The notes: generated by a model from the sequence alone, not told the origin. DNA of 64,000 nt from Candidatus Heimdallarchaeota archaeon (GCA_018238545.1 JABCTC010000001.1:1-64000); one strand, 5' to 3'; positions 19,779 through 31,052 are shown, numbered from the stretch's first letter. A program made the numbers and translations.

Positions 19779-22439
19779 TTATAGCTTATCCTTTTCAAGA
19801 TACTTCTTACTTTTCTTTACTAGTTGGTTCAATAAATTAAAAGCTTCTATTGGAGTGATTCTATCAGTATTGATACTTGAAAGTTCATCTATCAGCAGTA
19901 AGCTTTCTTCACTTAGTGTTTGGTCTTCTTCTTTGATTTTACTTTTTGTGGCCTTTTTGTTACCAAGTTTTCCATTATCTTTTTTCTCTTGCTTGTGTAA
20001 AATTGAAAGCATCGCTTCTGCATCTTTTATAACCTTCTTTGGCAATCCAGCTAAAGAAGCAACATGAACACCAAAACTTTCACTTATACCACCCTCTTTA
20101 ATTTTGTATAAGAAGTGAATTTCACCATTAATGTTTTTAACTGAAGCATGATAATTCTTTACTCTAGGCAGCAACTCTTCTAATTCTATTAATTCATGAT
20201 AGTGTGTAGCAAACATTGTCCTTGGTCCAATTTTACCAATATTATTGTGAAGATATTCAGTTATTGACCAAGCAATAGCAACGCCATCATATGTAGAAGT
20301 TCCTCTACCAACCTCATCTAAGATAACTAAACTTCTTTCTGTAGCATTATTTAGAATGTTAGCACATTCGTACATTTCCACCATGAAAGTAGATCTATTT
20401 TCAACAATGACATCGTGAGCACCAATTCTTGTGAATATCCTATCTGTTAGACCAATTTTTGCAGAAGTAGCTGGAACAAAGCTTCCGATTTGTGCCATTA
20501 GTACGATTAAAGCCACTTGTCTTAATAAAGTGCTTTTGCCGCCCATGTTGGGACCTGTAATTATCAATATTCTCTCGGAATCTTTCTTTAGAATAGTATC
20601 GTTGGGGATAAATGTTGTTCGTTCAAGTAATTGTTCAACTACTGGATGACGTCCTCCTTTGATTTCCAATACATCCTTATCAGTTATTTCAGGTTTAATG
20701 TAATTATAGTAAACAGCATTTTGTGCAAAGGTAGTTATTACGTCTAAAACTGCACAATTATATGCATCTAATTGAATTTCTGTTGCATATTTACTGATTT
20801 CTTCAAGCATTTCGTTAAATAGCCGTTCTTCTAACACCAGTATCTTTTCTTCTGCATTCAGTATTTTTTCCTCATACTCTTTTAATTCAGGAGTGATGAA
20901 TCTTTCAGCGTTAACCAATGTTTGTTTTCGTTCATATTCTGGAGGAACATTTTTTGAAACGGATTTAGGTATCTCAATATAATAACCAAAGACCTTGTTG
21001 AATCTAACCTTGAGAGTCTTTATACCTGTTTGAACTTTCTCTCTAGCTTCTAATGAAGTTAGAAAGGATTTCCCACTTCTTTGTATCTTCCTTAAATCAT
21101 CTAACTCAACATTATGCCCTTCTCTAACCACATCGCCATCTTTAATACTTGGGGGAACCTCATCTTCAATTCCGGTAGCTATAGTTTCAACTGCTTTTTT
21201 AACAGGGTCAAGATTATCCCTAATTTCTTGGAGTAGTGAAGTTTTAGTTTTAGAGAGTAGTTGTTTGAATGTAGGTATTAGTTCTAATGTATATCTAAGT
21301 GCCAATAAGTCACGAGGTTTGCTTCTACCCAAGCATACACGACTAATAAGTCTTTCAAGATCATTCATTTTACACAAAACATCTCGAAATTCATCACGTA
21401 AAATGCTATCATCAAACAATTCTTCAGTGGAATCGATGCGTGTTTGAATCGTAGAATGGTCTAAACTGGGACGAAGAATCCAAGAAGTTAACAATCGCGA
21501 ACCAGCGGAAGTTCTCGTATTATTTATTACTTGTCTTAGAGTTCCATACTCAGTTCTGTCACGCAAGTTTTCAATAAGTTCAAGATTTCTAATAGTACTT
21601 GAATCCAAGACCATGTAATCATGACTCAGAATGGGACTGATTTTAGTGATATTAAGGAAATTTTCTCTCATCTGTGTTTCCTTTATATAACTCAAGATGG
21701 CTCCCGCTGAACCAGTAGAAGGATTATAGTCCCCAATCCCGAAACCTTCCAAGCTTAATACATTGAAATGTTTACAAAGTATTTCTTTTCCTTGTTCAGA
21801 ATCAAAGAAGAAATCATCTCTGTAAGTAACTGTACATAGTTGTGTGTCCGAGTAAATATTCAGAGATTTCCATAAATCACTTTCAATAAGGATTTCTGAA
21901 GGTTGTAATCTTGTTAATTCCACTTCTAGTAAATTAATAGCATTCTCTTCTTCGAAATCGGTAACTAGAAATTCACCAGTAGATAAATCAAGTGCAGCCA
22001 ATCCATAAATCCCTTGTTCTCTTTTTATTGCAATAAGGTAATTATTTTTACTTTTTCCAAGAGATTCTGGTAAAGTAATTGTTCCTCTTGTTACAAGCTG
22101 AACTACTCCTCTCTTGACTATTTTTTTAGCAAACTTAGGGTCTTCTAGCTGTTCAACGATTGCTACTTTGTTGCCCGATTGTACCATTTTTGCTATATAT
22201 GCATCAACGGCGTGATAAGGCACCCCTGCAAGAGGAAATTTCTTTTCTCCAATATTGCGAGCTGTTAGAGTGATATTCAAAATCTCAGAAGCGACTTTTG
22301 CATCTTCATTAAAACATTCGTAGAAGTCACCAGCTCTAAAGAATAATATATAATCTGGGTATTGATTCTTTATCTTCTGCCATTGTTGCATCATTGGTGT
22401 AAGTTTTGGTTTTAATTTTCTATCATCAAACCGCTTCAT
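19779..22439 (-). CDS. mutS: DNA mismatch repair protein MutS1
   Basis: TPMMQQ, GDFYE, TGPNMGGKST, STFMVE, DEVGRGTS and FATHYHEL motifs. Confidence 0.97.
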   Translation of the reverse strand: MKRFDDRKLKPKLTPMMQQWQKIKNQYPDYILFFRAGDFYECFNEDAKVASEILNITLTARNIGEKKFPLAGVPYHAVDAYIAKMVQSGNKVAIVEQLEDPKFAKKIVKRGVVQLVTRGTITLPESLGKSKNNYLIAIKREQGIYGLAALDLSTGEFLVTDFEEENAINLLEVELTRLQPSEILIESDLWKSLNIYSDTQLCTVTYRDDFFFDSEQGKEILCKHFNVLSLEGFGIGDYNPSTGSAGAILSYIKETQMRENFLNITKISPILSHDYMVLDSSTIRNLELIENLRDRTEYGTLRQVINNTRTSAGSRLLTSWILRPSLDHSTIQTRIDSTEELFDDSILRDEFRDVLCKMNDLERLISRVCLGRSKPRDLLALRYTLELIPTFKQLLSKTKTSLLQEIRDNLDPVKKAVETIATGIEDEVPPSIKDGDVVREGHNVELDDLRKIQRSGKSFLTSLEAREKVQTGIKTLKVRFNKVFGYYIEIPKSVSKNVPPEYERKQTLVNAERFITPELKEYEEKILNAEEKILVLEERLFNEMLEEISKYATEIQLDAYNCAVLDVITTFAQNAVYYNYIKPEITDKDVLEIKGGRHPVVEQLLERTTFIPNDTILKKDSERILIITGPNMGGKSTLLRQVALIVLMAQIGSFVPATSAKIGLTDRIFTRIGAHDVIVENRSTFMVEMYECANILNNATERSLVILDEVGRGTSTYDGVAIAWSITEYLHNNIGKIGPRTMFATHYHELIELEELLPRVKNYHASVKNINGEIHFLYKIKEGGISESFGVHVASLAGLPKKVIKDAEAMLSILHKQEKKDNGKLGNKKATKSKIKEEDQTLSEESLLLIDELSSINTDRITPIEAFNLLNQLVKKSKKYLEKDKL

Positions 22440-22475
22440 TTAGATTTTCTCCTAGTCTTAGCCAAGTTCAATTAA

Positions 22476-23276
22476 TTACTTGCTTTTTGCTATATAATAC
22501 TCATATATGTCCTTGGGTTGTTTCTTTGAATCGGCAGCCCCCCAAGAATAAATTTCCTCAGGTTTATCATCATCTGAGTTAAACCAAGTACCATTTTCCA
22601 AGGTTTTAGTGAGAGAGTCGACAATTGTTATACCCGCACTTGCCCCTAATCGATCTGCACCAGCGTTTATCATCCGAACAGCTGTTTTAGCATTTCGAAT
22701 TCCTCCAGCAGCTTTTAATCCCATATCTTTTCCAATTGCGTTCCTCATAAGAGAAACATGATCAACGAAAGCTCCCATCGGACCAAAACCAGTTGATGTT
22801 TTCACATAATGAGCATCAGCATCCTTCGAAATTTGGCAAGTTTTAATTATCTGTTCATTAGTAAGATAACCTGTTTCAAGTATAACCTTAACACTTGCCC
22901 CATCGGCAGCTTTAACCACCATTTCAATATCTTCAGCTACAGCAGAAAAATTGCCGTCTCGGAAAAAACCTACATTCATAACCATGTCAATTTCCGTGGC
23001 CCCAAGTTCAATTGCTTCTTGAGTTTCACAAAATTTGGATTTGGATGTACAAACACCGAGAGGAAAACCTACAACAGCAGCTACTTCTGCATCAGACTGT
23101 TTCAACAACTTAGAACAATGTAAAACATTTGCAGTATTTACACAGACAGCGGCAAATCCATAATCTATCGCTTCGTTACATAGCTTAGAGATCTCATTTT
23201 TTGTTGCAAAAGATTTCAAATTTGTGTGATCAATAGTCTTTGCAACTTCTTCAACTGTCACTTTTTTAGAATACAC
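22476..23276 (-). CDS. deoC: Deoxyribose-phosphate aldolase
   Basis: IDHTNL, VVGFPLG, EIDMV, KVILETG, VKTSTGF and KAAGGIR motifs. Confidence 0.95.
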   Translation of the reverse strand: MYSKKVTVEEVAKTIDHTNLKSFATKNEISKLCNEAIDYGFAAVCVNTANVLHCSKLLKQSDAEVAAVVGFPLGVCTSKSKFCETQEAIELGATEIDMVMNVGFFRDGNFSAVAEDIEMVVKAADGASVKVILETGYLTNEQIIKTCQISKDADAHYVKTSTGFGPMGAFVDHVSLMRNAIGKDMGLKAAGGIRNAKTAVRMINAGADRLGASAGITIVDSLTKTLENGTWFNSDDDKPEEIYSWGAADSKKQPKDIYEYYIAKSK

Positions 23277-23516
23277 AAATAATTGAATGAGACAAAATAC
23301 AAAAATTTTCCTACTGAATGAAAAATAAAACGCACAAAAATAGCCTTTTTGTTTTCTGAAAGAAAAATTATACTACAAAATAGCAATTTTAAGTATATTA
23401 TACGTTAATTTTATGAGAATTGCGTTGCATATAATATGAAATGTCTGATAAGCCAAAATATTTAAAATTGCTCCGACTCATCTGCACAAGGACCGGATTA
23501 GACGAGGTTAGTATAA

Positions 23517-25625
23517 ATGCACAAAAACAAAAGTACAATGTTAACTTTTACATTACTTGTCATTGTTAGCATATCGTTTTCAGCTTTGCTGAATTCAACG
23601 CAGGGTTCCGCAGAAATGAGCCCTCAAACAGATCTATCGAATATTGTGAATAGTACCCCCCTCCTTACCTCAAGTGGTATGGTATACAGTGATGAAGGAT
23701 ACAATGATATCAGTGTCATCGACTATGGATTAAATGCAACAACTTCATTTAATAGAACAATTAACATAGAAAATTTTGGTGTGCTTTCAATCACGGATAG
23801 TATTAAATTAGATGTAATTGGTAATTTAAATTTGACCTATTTCAATTATACATTACCTAATATTCATACTGATAAAATATCATATGTTAGTTTTCGTGTT
23901 GCTAATGCCACTTATGAATCACTAATAGAAGGCAATGCTACTCGATCATATACATTTAACAAACTATTGAACTATACAACCTTCGTCATTCCTTTCAATG
24001 TAAATAAAACAGAAATTCACCAGAATGATGTTTATTTCATCAATTCTTATATTGAATTTTCTTTGCCGTATACTCACGAGCTTTACGCAGGAGAACAGAT
24101 TACTCATTACGAAGAGTTGTTGTATCCTCTTGTTAACGATATACCAATTGTTAATGGATCAGTCAAAGTTACAAAACAAGGTGGTGACCTATTTTTGGAC
24201 ATACCAGGATTTCCAATATCTCCAGGAAATAATACGGAAGGAATAACCGTCATCAATGACGCAGCAAGTGGTACTCTCAAATGGACAAACATTACGAGAT
24301 TACCCTTTAACTATAGTCAATCATATTCTGACGATCTTCTACTTAATGTACATATATCTTCAGTAAGTACCGCTGACATAGAACAACATGCAAGCACATT
24401 GTTGTTTAAAGCAACCGAGGTTCATAGAGTCGTAGAAATTGATCCTTATGGGTTAGTACAAATAACTGAAACACAGAATATCATTTTCTTGGGTGGTGAA
24501 AGACCTGAAGATTATGATTATTTCTCTCCAAAACTGTATGCTCTAAACGCATTTCCGATGGTGCTACCAAAAAACGCTACCGTCACTGATTTGTTCGATG
24601 AAACAGGATCCTTAAATCTAGAATACCAGTTAAACAAGGCAGGTTATTATGAAAAGGGCGCTTACAATTTAAGAGATAGTACATTTGAAGGGCACCAAGC
24701 TTTACTTATCTTTCCAAGAGAACCTCTTTTCCACGGAGAAGAAATGGAATTTACAATTGTATACACAGTTCCAATGGAAAGCATTCTAGAGAAAGAACAA
24801 GGAAGTACAAACTACAAACTCAAACTTTCTCCAAGCTCAATTGTGAATTGGAGCATAGACAAGTTAAATCTTGAAATAATTCTTCCCAAGGGAGCAATGT
24901 ATAAGGAAATTGTGTATGGAAATACAGATCCTTATCAAGATATGATAATTAATTATGGGAAAATCTTTGACTTCACAGCACTTGGAACAAAAAGAGTGGT
25001 AGGATTACAATTCACAAACTTCTCGGGAAGCGATAATGCATCAATAATCATAAAATATACTTATACTGGTTTTAACATGATTATCACAATTTTCTGGCAA
25101 TTTATGGCAGTGGGCATTATCTTTACCATATACCTTGGAATTCGTTGGTCAACAAAACAAGTAAAAGGACTTTCTGAAGCTGAGAAGAAGCAAGATTTCA
25201 TTCCTACAGATGAGATAGAAGAATTTGTAAAACAATATGAAGAAGTTCTAGCTATCAGAGAACGGCTCAGGCAGACCAAGGCGAAAATAGCAAGTAAGAA
25301 AATGAAAGCAAAAGAAGGTAAAGAATTACGTATTAAGCTAGAGAAACGTATGAGAGCCGAAGAAGTAACCTTGAAGGCATCAAAAATAAGTTTATCAGCT
25401 CTTGGTGGAAGATACAAGGAAGCTGTTCAGAAAATAGAAATTGCCGAAAGGAAACTCTACGAAGAAAGAAGAAATCTAAGAGCGCTTCAACAAGAATATA
25501 GAACTAAGAAAAGCATGACCAAAGAATCTTATGTTAAACTATTCCGCGAAAGACAACAAACCATAGAAAGACTCAAGAATGAGATTAATGGCCAGCTTGT
25601 AACTCTAAGATTATTATTAGAATAA
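23517..25625 (+). CDS. Ribophorin I/OST1-like membrane protein
   Basis: Signal peptide; lumenal domains with HRVVEIDPYGLVQITE, LPKNAT..D..G and PREPLFHG, echoing ribophorin I motifs; many N-x-S/T sequons; single TM, then a cytosolic coiled coil. Confidence 0.75.
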   Translation: MHKNKSTMLTFTLLVIVSISFSALLNSTQGSAEMSPQTDLSNIVNSTPLLTSSGMVYSDEGYNDISVIDYGLNATTSFNRTINIENFGVLSITDSIKLDVIGNLNLTYFNYTLPNIHTDKISYVSFRVANATYESLIEGNATRSYTFNKLLNYTTFVIPFNVNKTEIHQNDVYFINSYIEFSLPYTHELYAGEQITHYEELLYPLVNDIPIVNGSVKVTKQGGDLFLDIPGFPISPGNNTEGITVINDAASGTLKWTNITRLPFNYSQSYSDDLLLNVHISSVSTADIEQHASTLLFKATEVHRVVEIDPYGLVQITETQNIIFLGGERPEDYDYFSPKLYALNAFPMVLPKNATVTDLFDETGSLNLEYQLNKAGYYEKGAYNLRDSTFEGHQALLIFPREPLFHGEEMEFTIVYTVPMESILEKEQGSTNYKLKLSPSSIVNWSIDKLNLEIILPKGAMYKEIVYGNTDPYQDMIINYGKIFDFTALGTKRVVGLQFTNFSGSDNASIIIKYTYTGFNMIITIFWQFMAVGIIFTIYLGIRWSTKQVKGLSEAEKKQDFIPTDEIEEFVKQYEEVLAIRERLRQTKAKIASKKMKAKEGKELRIKLEKRMRAEEVTLKASKISLSALGGRYKEAVQKIEIAERKLYEERRNLRALQQEYRTKKSMTKESYVKLFRERQQTIERLKNEINGQLVTLRLLLE

Positions 25626-25731
25626 TAACTTAGATTTTTTTTCTCTTTCTTTTTTACTTCTTTTTCCCTTTTTGCTGTTGCATTCCAAAAAGAATATAAA
25701 AACAAGATAGAACTTAACTTAACGGACAATA

Positions 25732-26145
25732 GTGTTGAATATGCATCTTGAAAGTGTTACTGAGAGTGCAAGTATCATCAAAAAAGAAGTTCCTGGCCTC
25801 TCAGATGTTGCAAAAGAACTAGCTTCAGTTCTCAAAAAAAGTAGATTTTTCCTAAATAAATTATTTGACATATGTAATAAAGAAGCGTATAGCATTGATT
25901 TAACACCTGAAGAACAAAATGAGATATCACTAAAAGTTGCATTAGTAACTGCTCCAGATCAAGTATTTCAATATGCTAGAATTGTCCAACTGGTATTTCA
26001 ACTAAATTACTTTTCTAAATGCTATGACAAAGCTTTGAAATCAAGCATACTACCAAGCGTTGTGAACAATGAAGCAAAAAACATGTTTAAAAAAATAGAA
26101 AAATTTCGCAATTTAATTGAGAAAGAGTATGTTTCAAGCATATAA
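25732..26145 (+). CDS. Hypothetical helical protein
   Basis: 137-aa ORF filling the intergenic space; no recognisable motif. Confidence 0.6.
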   Translation: MLNMHLESVTESASIIKKEVPGLSDVAKELASVLKKSRFFLNKLFDICNKEAYSIDLTPEEQNEISLKVALVTAPDQVFQYARIVQLVFQLNYFSKCYDKALKSSILPSVVNNEAKNMFKKIEKFRNLIEKEYVSSI

Positions 26146-26213
26146 TTCTATAACAAACAGAGAGATTAAAAACAATATAAGCACGAAACAAAGTTTTGAT
26201 TGTGACGTAGAAA

Positions 26214-26531
26214 ATGAATCAGAAAACTGGAAAAAACAAAAGAAATACATTTACTTCTTTAGATAGCGCAGCGGCTGTTCAACTCTTTATGATAATTGTG
26301 GTTATTATTGCCTATATTATGTTCTTAACTTTTCAAAGATATTTGTTCTCTTTTGAGGAGTTATTACCAAAGTTGATCATAGTTAATGTTTTACTAGTAG
26401 CAGGAATAGTGATGGAAATTAGCTATTTCATATGGACTATGCATAAGAAAAAGAAAAAATTAGAAGCTAAAGCTAAATTGCAAGAGGTAGAAACTGAGAA
26501 ATCAAAACAAGAAAAACAAAATGAAGAATAG
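26214..26531 (+). CDS. Hypothetical 2-TM membrane protein
   Basis: Two hydrophobic helices and a basic/charged tail. Confidence 0.6.
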   Translation: MNQKTGKNKRNTFTSLDSAAAVQLFMIIVVIIAYIMFLTFQRYLFSFEELLPKLIIVNVLLVAGIVMEISYFIWTMHKKKKKLEAKAKLQEVETEKSKQEKQNEE

Positions 26532-26547
26532 TTAAAAAAGAGCGAAA

Positions 26548-26940
26548 TTATTTCTTCTTTCCATAAATTTCCTCAAGTTGCTCAGAGCTAAGCATAACTG
26601 GAATTCCTTCTTTAATCTCATAAAGATGTTTTTCATCTTTAGAGCAAAGTAGCCTACCTTTTTGTATTTCAATTTGGAAACATTCTTTGCAATCTTCAGC
26701 AGTTACACTCTTACAGATGATGTCTAAAGATTTCTCAACCTCAACTCCTTCATCATTAACATCGATAAGATAGAACTTTTTAAAATGACAATAGAAGTTG
26801 CATACAACACCAGTTTTTGAGTTTACATGAGGTGGAGAAATAGGTTCAACTTCTTTCTCTTGTTCAATAATTTCTAGTTCTAAAGGCCAATCTTTGTCAA
26901 GAGGGCAAGCTAATAAGTCCATCAACCTGTACTTCATCAT
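26548..26940 (-). CDS. Trm112-family methyltransferase activator
   Basis: LMDLLACP...EIQKGRLLC...YEIKEGIPVML, with a Cys-rich insertion. Confidence 0.8.
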   Translation of the reverse strand: MMKYRLMDLLACPLDKDWPLELEIIEQEKEVEPISPPHVNSKTGVVCNFYCHFKKFYLIDVNDEGVEVEKSLDIICKSVTAEDCKECFQIEIQKGRLLCSKDEKHLYEIKEGIPVMLSSEQLEEIYGKKK

Positions 26941-26986
26941 TTTTATTATAAAATACTTAATAATAATATTTTTCTATAATGCGAAT

Positions 26987-27718
26987 TTATTCGCTCATTT
27001 TTTGTGTGATGAACTTCCCATCTAATTTCTCATATCTTTCAATAGAACCTATATCTTCCCAATAGATGTTAGAGGGGATATAAGCTACCATTTGAGAGGC
27101 TTCAACAAACTTTGGAAAGATATTCTTGGATAAATCTATACTCTCTTTTTCATCAAGATCATCAAGAAAATCGAAAATGATTGGTTCAACAATGCTAATG
27201 CCTGTGTTCACTAAGAGAGGAAGAGTTGGTTTCTCAATGAATCTGGTAACATTGTTGTTGTCATCAATTTCTGCTGTGCCAACTCGAATCTTCCAACCTT
27301 TAGAAACAAATATAGTGGCCCATTTCTTGTTATTTTGATGGCATTCTAGCATATCTGTAAAATTGATATTAGTGATGATATCAGAATAATAAATTATCAT
27401 TCGCCTATTACCAATTTTTTCTTTAATATTCAAGAGTGCTGTTCCAGTGCCAATAGGACCCGGTTTATCCGGGATATATGTTAAATCCACACCCCACCTT
27501 TCGCCGTTCCCAAAGTAACCTTGTATTTGTTCCTTCTTATAATTTACTAAGAGAATTATATCAGTCACATTGTGTTTTTTGAAATGTTTGATAACATATT
27601 CTAAGATTGGAATCTGATCAGTACCAATTGGCATCATGACTTTTTGCATATAGTAAGTTAAAGGGCGCATTCTCTTTCCCTCTCCGCCACAAAACAGCAC
27701 AGCTACTGTATCCTTCAT
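26987..27718 (-). CDS. Sugar-phosphate nucleotidyltransferase
   Basis: CGGEGKRMRPLT, GTGTAL, FIEKP, WEDIGS; start moved to the ATG at 27718. Confidence 0.88.
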   Translation of the reverse strand: MKDTVAVLFCGGEGKRMRPLTYYMQKVMMPIGTDQIPILEYVIKHFKKHNVTDIILLVNYKKEQIQGYFGNGERWGVDLTYIPDKPGPIGTGTALLNIKEKIGNRRMIIYYSDIITNINFTDMLECHQNNKKWATIFVSKGWKIRVGTAEIDDNNNVTRFIEKPTLPLLVNTGISIVEPIIFDFLDDLDEKESIDLSKNIFPKFVEASQMVAYIPSNIYWEDIGSIERYEKLDGKFITQKMSE

Positions 27719-27850
27719 CTCAGTAAGTTCTTTTCTCTTTGTTGAAATGTTTTTCGCAATCACCATAGATAGTATCTAGGTTTTTTCTAATCTGTTTCAC
27801 TTTATTCCTTTTAAGAAATTCTTATTAATATGAAAAATAGATAATTAATC

Positions 27851-28501
27851 ATGGAATCCACCAAAACTTCAGTTCTATCTGAAATAACTGAAAAATTGCG
27901 AGAAAATATCGAGCCTTCATTCTGGAAAGGTAGAGGCAATAGAGAATCCTTTAGAAAAAGCGTCAAAGAACTAGTAGTCTCAGGAATACTTTCAAAGGAT
28001 GAATATGGCTATTTATTGAAAAATGAAAGAAGAATTTTGGTGAAGACTCAACTAATTCACTTAATTCCTGAATTACAGTCACAAGAAATTATCGAAACAA
28101 CACTCAAACACCTGTCCAACGTTATTCTCGAAAAAAGAGTTCAAGGAGCTGAAGGTAAAAGAGCTTCAGTTGAGAAAGAAATTCTATTGCAAATAAATGA
28201 ACATCTGCATGAGACATACCATCCAAAAATCTCAACAGGTGTGGACGCGTTTAGTATTTTGAAGCAACTTATTGAGGAAAGCACTGACATTAATAAAGAA
28301 TTAATAAAAATCGCTAATCATTTATTGGAAATTAGAGATAATTTGTTGGAAAAAGGTCATAAAGCAACCCTGCTTCATGAATTAGACAAAATATCAACTA
28401 GACTAATCTTTGCTGCTAAAAGCAATAATCCAGAAGATGTCCCAACAAAAGAAGAGCTACTTAATCTATTGAAAGAATTACAAGTTAAAGTTGAATCGTA
28501 G
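27851..28501 (+). CDS. Hypothetical helical protein
   Basis: 216-aa ORF with ATG start; no recognisable motif. Confidence 0.65.
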   Translation: MESTKTSVLSEITEKLRENIEPSFWKGRGNRESFRKSVKELVVSGILSKDEYGYLLKNERRILVKTQLIHLIPELQSQEIIETTLKHLSNVILEKRVQGAEGKRASVEKEILLQINEHLHETYHPKISTGVDAFSILKQLIEESTDINKELIKIANHLLEIRDNLLEKGHKATLLHELDKISTRLIFAAKSNNPEDVPTKEELLNLLKELQVKVES

Positions 28502-28607
28502 GGGAGACTTTTCCCAACATATTTTTATTAAATCCGATTAATCGTAATAATTTTATAATGCTATATAAGAGTAATTTCAGTAAGTTTGAATTAGGAGAGA
28601 CAGGTAG

Positions 28608-29780
28608 ATGGTATTACGTAAAATTATTTCTTCAGAATCTGTAACAGAGGGGCATCCTGACAAAATTTGTGATCAAATTTCTGATGCAATCCTCGATGCT
28701 ATTTTAAAAGATGATCCTGATGCACATGTAGCATGTGAGTGTTTCGTTACAACGGGTCTTGTTTTAGTAGGTGGTGAGATTACCACGTCAAAAGTGTGTA
28801 CTGTTGAATATGAAAAAATCATTCGTGATACTATTAAAGAAATCGGGTATAATGATTCAAGTATTGGTTTTGATTATAGAGGTTGTGCCATAATAAACAC
28901 GGTTCACTCCCAATCAGAAGATATCGCACAAGGTGTAAAAAAAGACATGGTCGAGGAACAAGGGGCAGGAGATCAAGGCATCATGTATGGATATGCAACA
29001 AATGAAACCTCAGAATTTATGCCACTGCCTATAGTACTAGCCCATAAACTAACAATGAAACTTACTGAAGTTCGAAAAAATGGTACGTTACCCTTTCTAC
29101 GCCCAGATGGCAAATCACTAGTAGCAGTTGAATATGAGAATGATAAACCAATTCGAGTAGAAGCTATTGTTATTGCTGCACAACATACAGAAGAAGCAAC
29201 AAATGAAGAAATTGAATCTGGATTGAAAAAAGAAGTTATTGAAATGGTTATCCCAGCTAATCTAGTAGACGAAAAAACTAAAATCTTCATCAATCGAACA
29301 GGGAGATTTGTTACAGGGGGACCACATGGCGATGCAGGATTAACAGGAAGAAAAATAATCGTTGACACTTACGGAGGAGTGGACTCTCATGGTGGTGGCG
29401 CATTCTCCGGCAAGGATCCTTCAAAGGTAGATCGATCAGCGTCTTATGCAGCTAGATATGTCGCAAAAAATGTTGTTGCTGCAGAATTAGCTGATAAGTG
29501 TGAAGTTCAAGTTTCTTATGCAATTGGTGAACCCAAACCCTTGGCAGTTAATATTGAATGTTTTGGAACTGAAAGAGTTTCAATTGAAATTCTAAAAGAA
29601 GCTATTCTTTGCGTATTTGATTTCAGACCAGGAAGCATTATTGAACACCTTAAATTAAAGAGACCAATTTATCAAAAAACATCTTGCTATGGGCACTTCG
29701 GACGAGAATTACCTGGTTTTACGTGGGAAAAGACTGATCTTATTGAGAAATTAAGGGCTAAAGTGAATGAGTTGAAATAG
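28608..29780 (+). CDS. metK: S-adenosylmethionine synthetase, bacterial/eukaryotic type
   Basis: [47 protein letters not shown] and YGHFGR motifs. Confidence 0.97.
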   Translation: MVLRKIISSESVTEGHPDKICDQISDAILDAILKDDPDAHVACECFVTTGLVLVGGEITTSKVCTVEYEKIIRDTIKEIGYNDSSIGFDYRGCAIINTVHSQSEDIAQGVKKDMVEEQGAGDQGIMYGYATNETSEFMPLPIVLAHKLTMKLTEVRKNGTLPFLRPDGKSLVAVEYENDKPIRVEAIVIAAQHTEEATNEEIESGLKKEVIEMVIPANLVDEKTKIFINRTGRFVTGGPHGDAGLTGRKIIVDTYGGVDSHGGGAFSGKDPSKVDRSASYAARYVAKNVVAAELADKCEVQVSYAIGEPKPLAVNIECFGTERVSIEILKEAILCVFDFRPGSIIEHLKLKRPIYQKTSCYGHFGRELPGFTWEKTDLIEKLRAKVNELK

Positions 29781-29854
29781 ACTAGGGTATTGTATTTTCA
29801 CCCACTTTCTTTCAAAAACATTTTTTTATACCCACACAATTAGTAATCGAAAGC

Positions 29855-30541
29855 ATGAATAGCGTTGATATATCAGAAATAAAAAAAGTCATTCAAAAAA
29901 TCATGAATGAAGATAAGCCAAAAACTGTTAAACAGCTTGTGACAAAAACATTAACAGTTACTGGGAAAGAGGAGCGCGAGATATATTTAGCTGTTCAAGA
30001 GCTTGAAAAGACCAATATCATTAAACTAGGCTCTCCAAAGATAACAAGAGAATTACCTAAATCAGTTCATGAATATCTTTTTAGAAATAGGTACTTTGTT
30101 GTGGAATTCTGGACTCTGCTTGTTTTTATTAGTATATTTTTCCCAGTAGGTCTATTTATTCCCGCAGATTCTTTCTTCTCTTTTCTAAGGATAATTTTTG
30201 GTGTTTTATTTGGATTATTCATCCCAGGCTGGATAATAACAAACCTGATTTTTCCTAGACTTTACGAGAATATAGATCAATTAGAGCGCGTTTTATTAGC
30301 AGTAGGTATGAATATAGGCATAATTATATTTTCAGGTCTTATACTCAATGCAATATGGTTAATTGATTCTGCTCCGTTTGTTATCATTATTGGGAGTTTT
30401 TCCCTTTTTATTCATTTATTATCAGTAGTTGTTAGGATCTTACTTGGCTCTAAAACACTCGAAGTAAAATCAAAGAAGATTCTAACGAAATTATCAGAAA
30501 TTAGTTTTTTCAGAAATAAAGTGAGGAACGATGAGAAATAA
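29855..30541 (+). CDS. DUF1616-like membrane protein
   Basis: RIIFGVLFGLFIPGW...FP...IDQLERVLLAVGMNI. Confidence 0.7.
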   Translation: MNSVDISEIKKVIQKIMNEDKPKTVKQLVTKTLTVTGKEEREIYLAVQELEKTNIIKLGSPKITRELPKSVHEYLFRNRYFVVEFWTLLVFISIFFPVGLFIPADSFFSFLRIIFGVLFGLFIPGWIITNLIFPRLYENIDQLERVLLAVGMNIGIIIFSGLILNAIWLIDSAPFVIIIGSFSLFIHLLSVVVRILLGSKTLEVKSKKILTKLSEISFFRNKVRNDEK

Positions 30542-31052
30542 ATTAGCAAATCGTTTGTTAGCCTGTAGCATTATTTTTTTGCTTTTTGTTTCCTTCACCA
30601 ATTTTGGAGCGTTTGCACAATCTAAGGAAGAAGCAGAACAAATTATCCAAGAAGCTTCTGATAAACTTAAAACAGTATTGTCTATTTTGGAAGAACTAGT
30701 AGATATTAACTCAGAGGTGAGAGCTATTATTTCACAGGTGGATAACTCGCTTCAATTGATTAATGAGGCCAAGCAATTATTCAGAGATTCTCAATATGAT
30801 CTTTCAATACAGAAAGCAAATCAAGCTTTAGACCAACTGGAAAATATAGAAGAAGAGATTGCAGAATTAAACAAATCTGCAATCAAAGAATCATGGTTAA
30901 TATACAGTATAATTGGAGTAGTTGCTGCTTTTGCTACTGTTGGTTTTGTTTTTCTCTTCATCAAGAAACTTCATCCTTGGTATAAGAAAAAACAAATTGA
31001 AGAATATAGCAATCTAGAAATAATCTATGACAAGGAATATGGAGAGAAATAG
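30531..31052 (+). CDS. Secreted helical-bundle protein with C-terminal TM anchor
   Basis: Signal-like N-terminus, amphipathic helices and one TM; overlaps its neighbours (operon). Confidence 0.6.
   Translation: MRNKLANRLLACSIIFLLFVSFTNFGAFAQSKEEAEQIIQEASDKLKTVLSILEELVDINSEVRAIISQVDNSLQLINEAKQLFRDSQYDLSIQKANQALDQLENIEEEIAELNKSAIKESWLIYSIIGVVAAFATVGFVFLFIKKLHPWYKKKQIEEYSNLEIIYDKEYGEK

Noticed and set aside
23280-23516. Longer intergenic gap as a possible tRNA/ncRNA
   Set aside because: No cloverleaf or T-loop consensus and no stable GC stem; consistent with divergent promoters.
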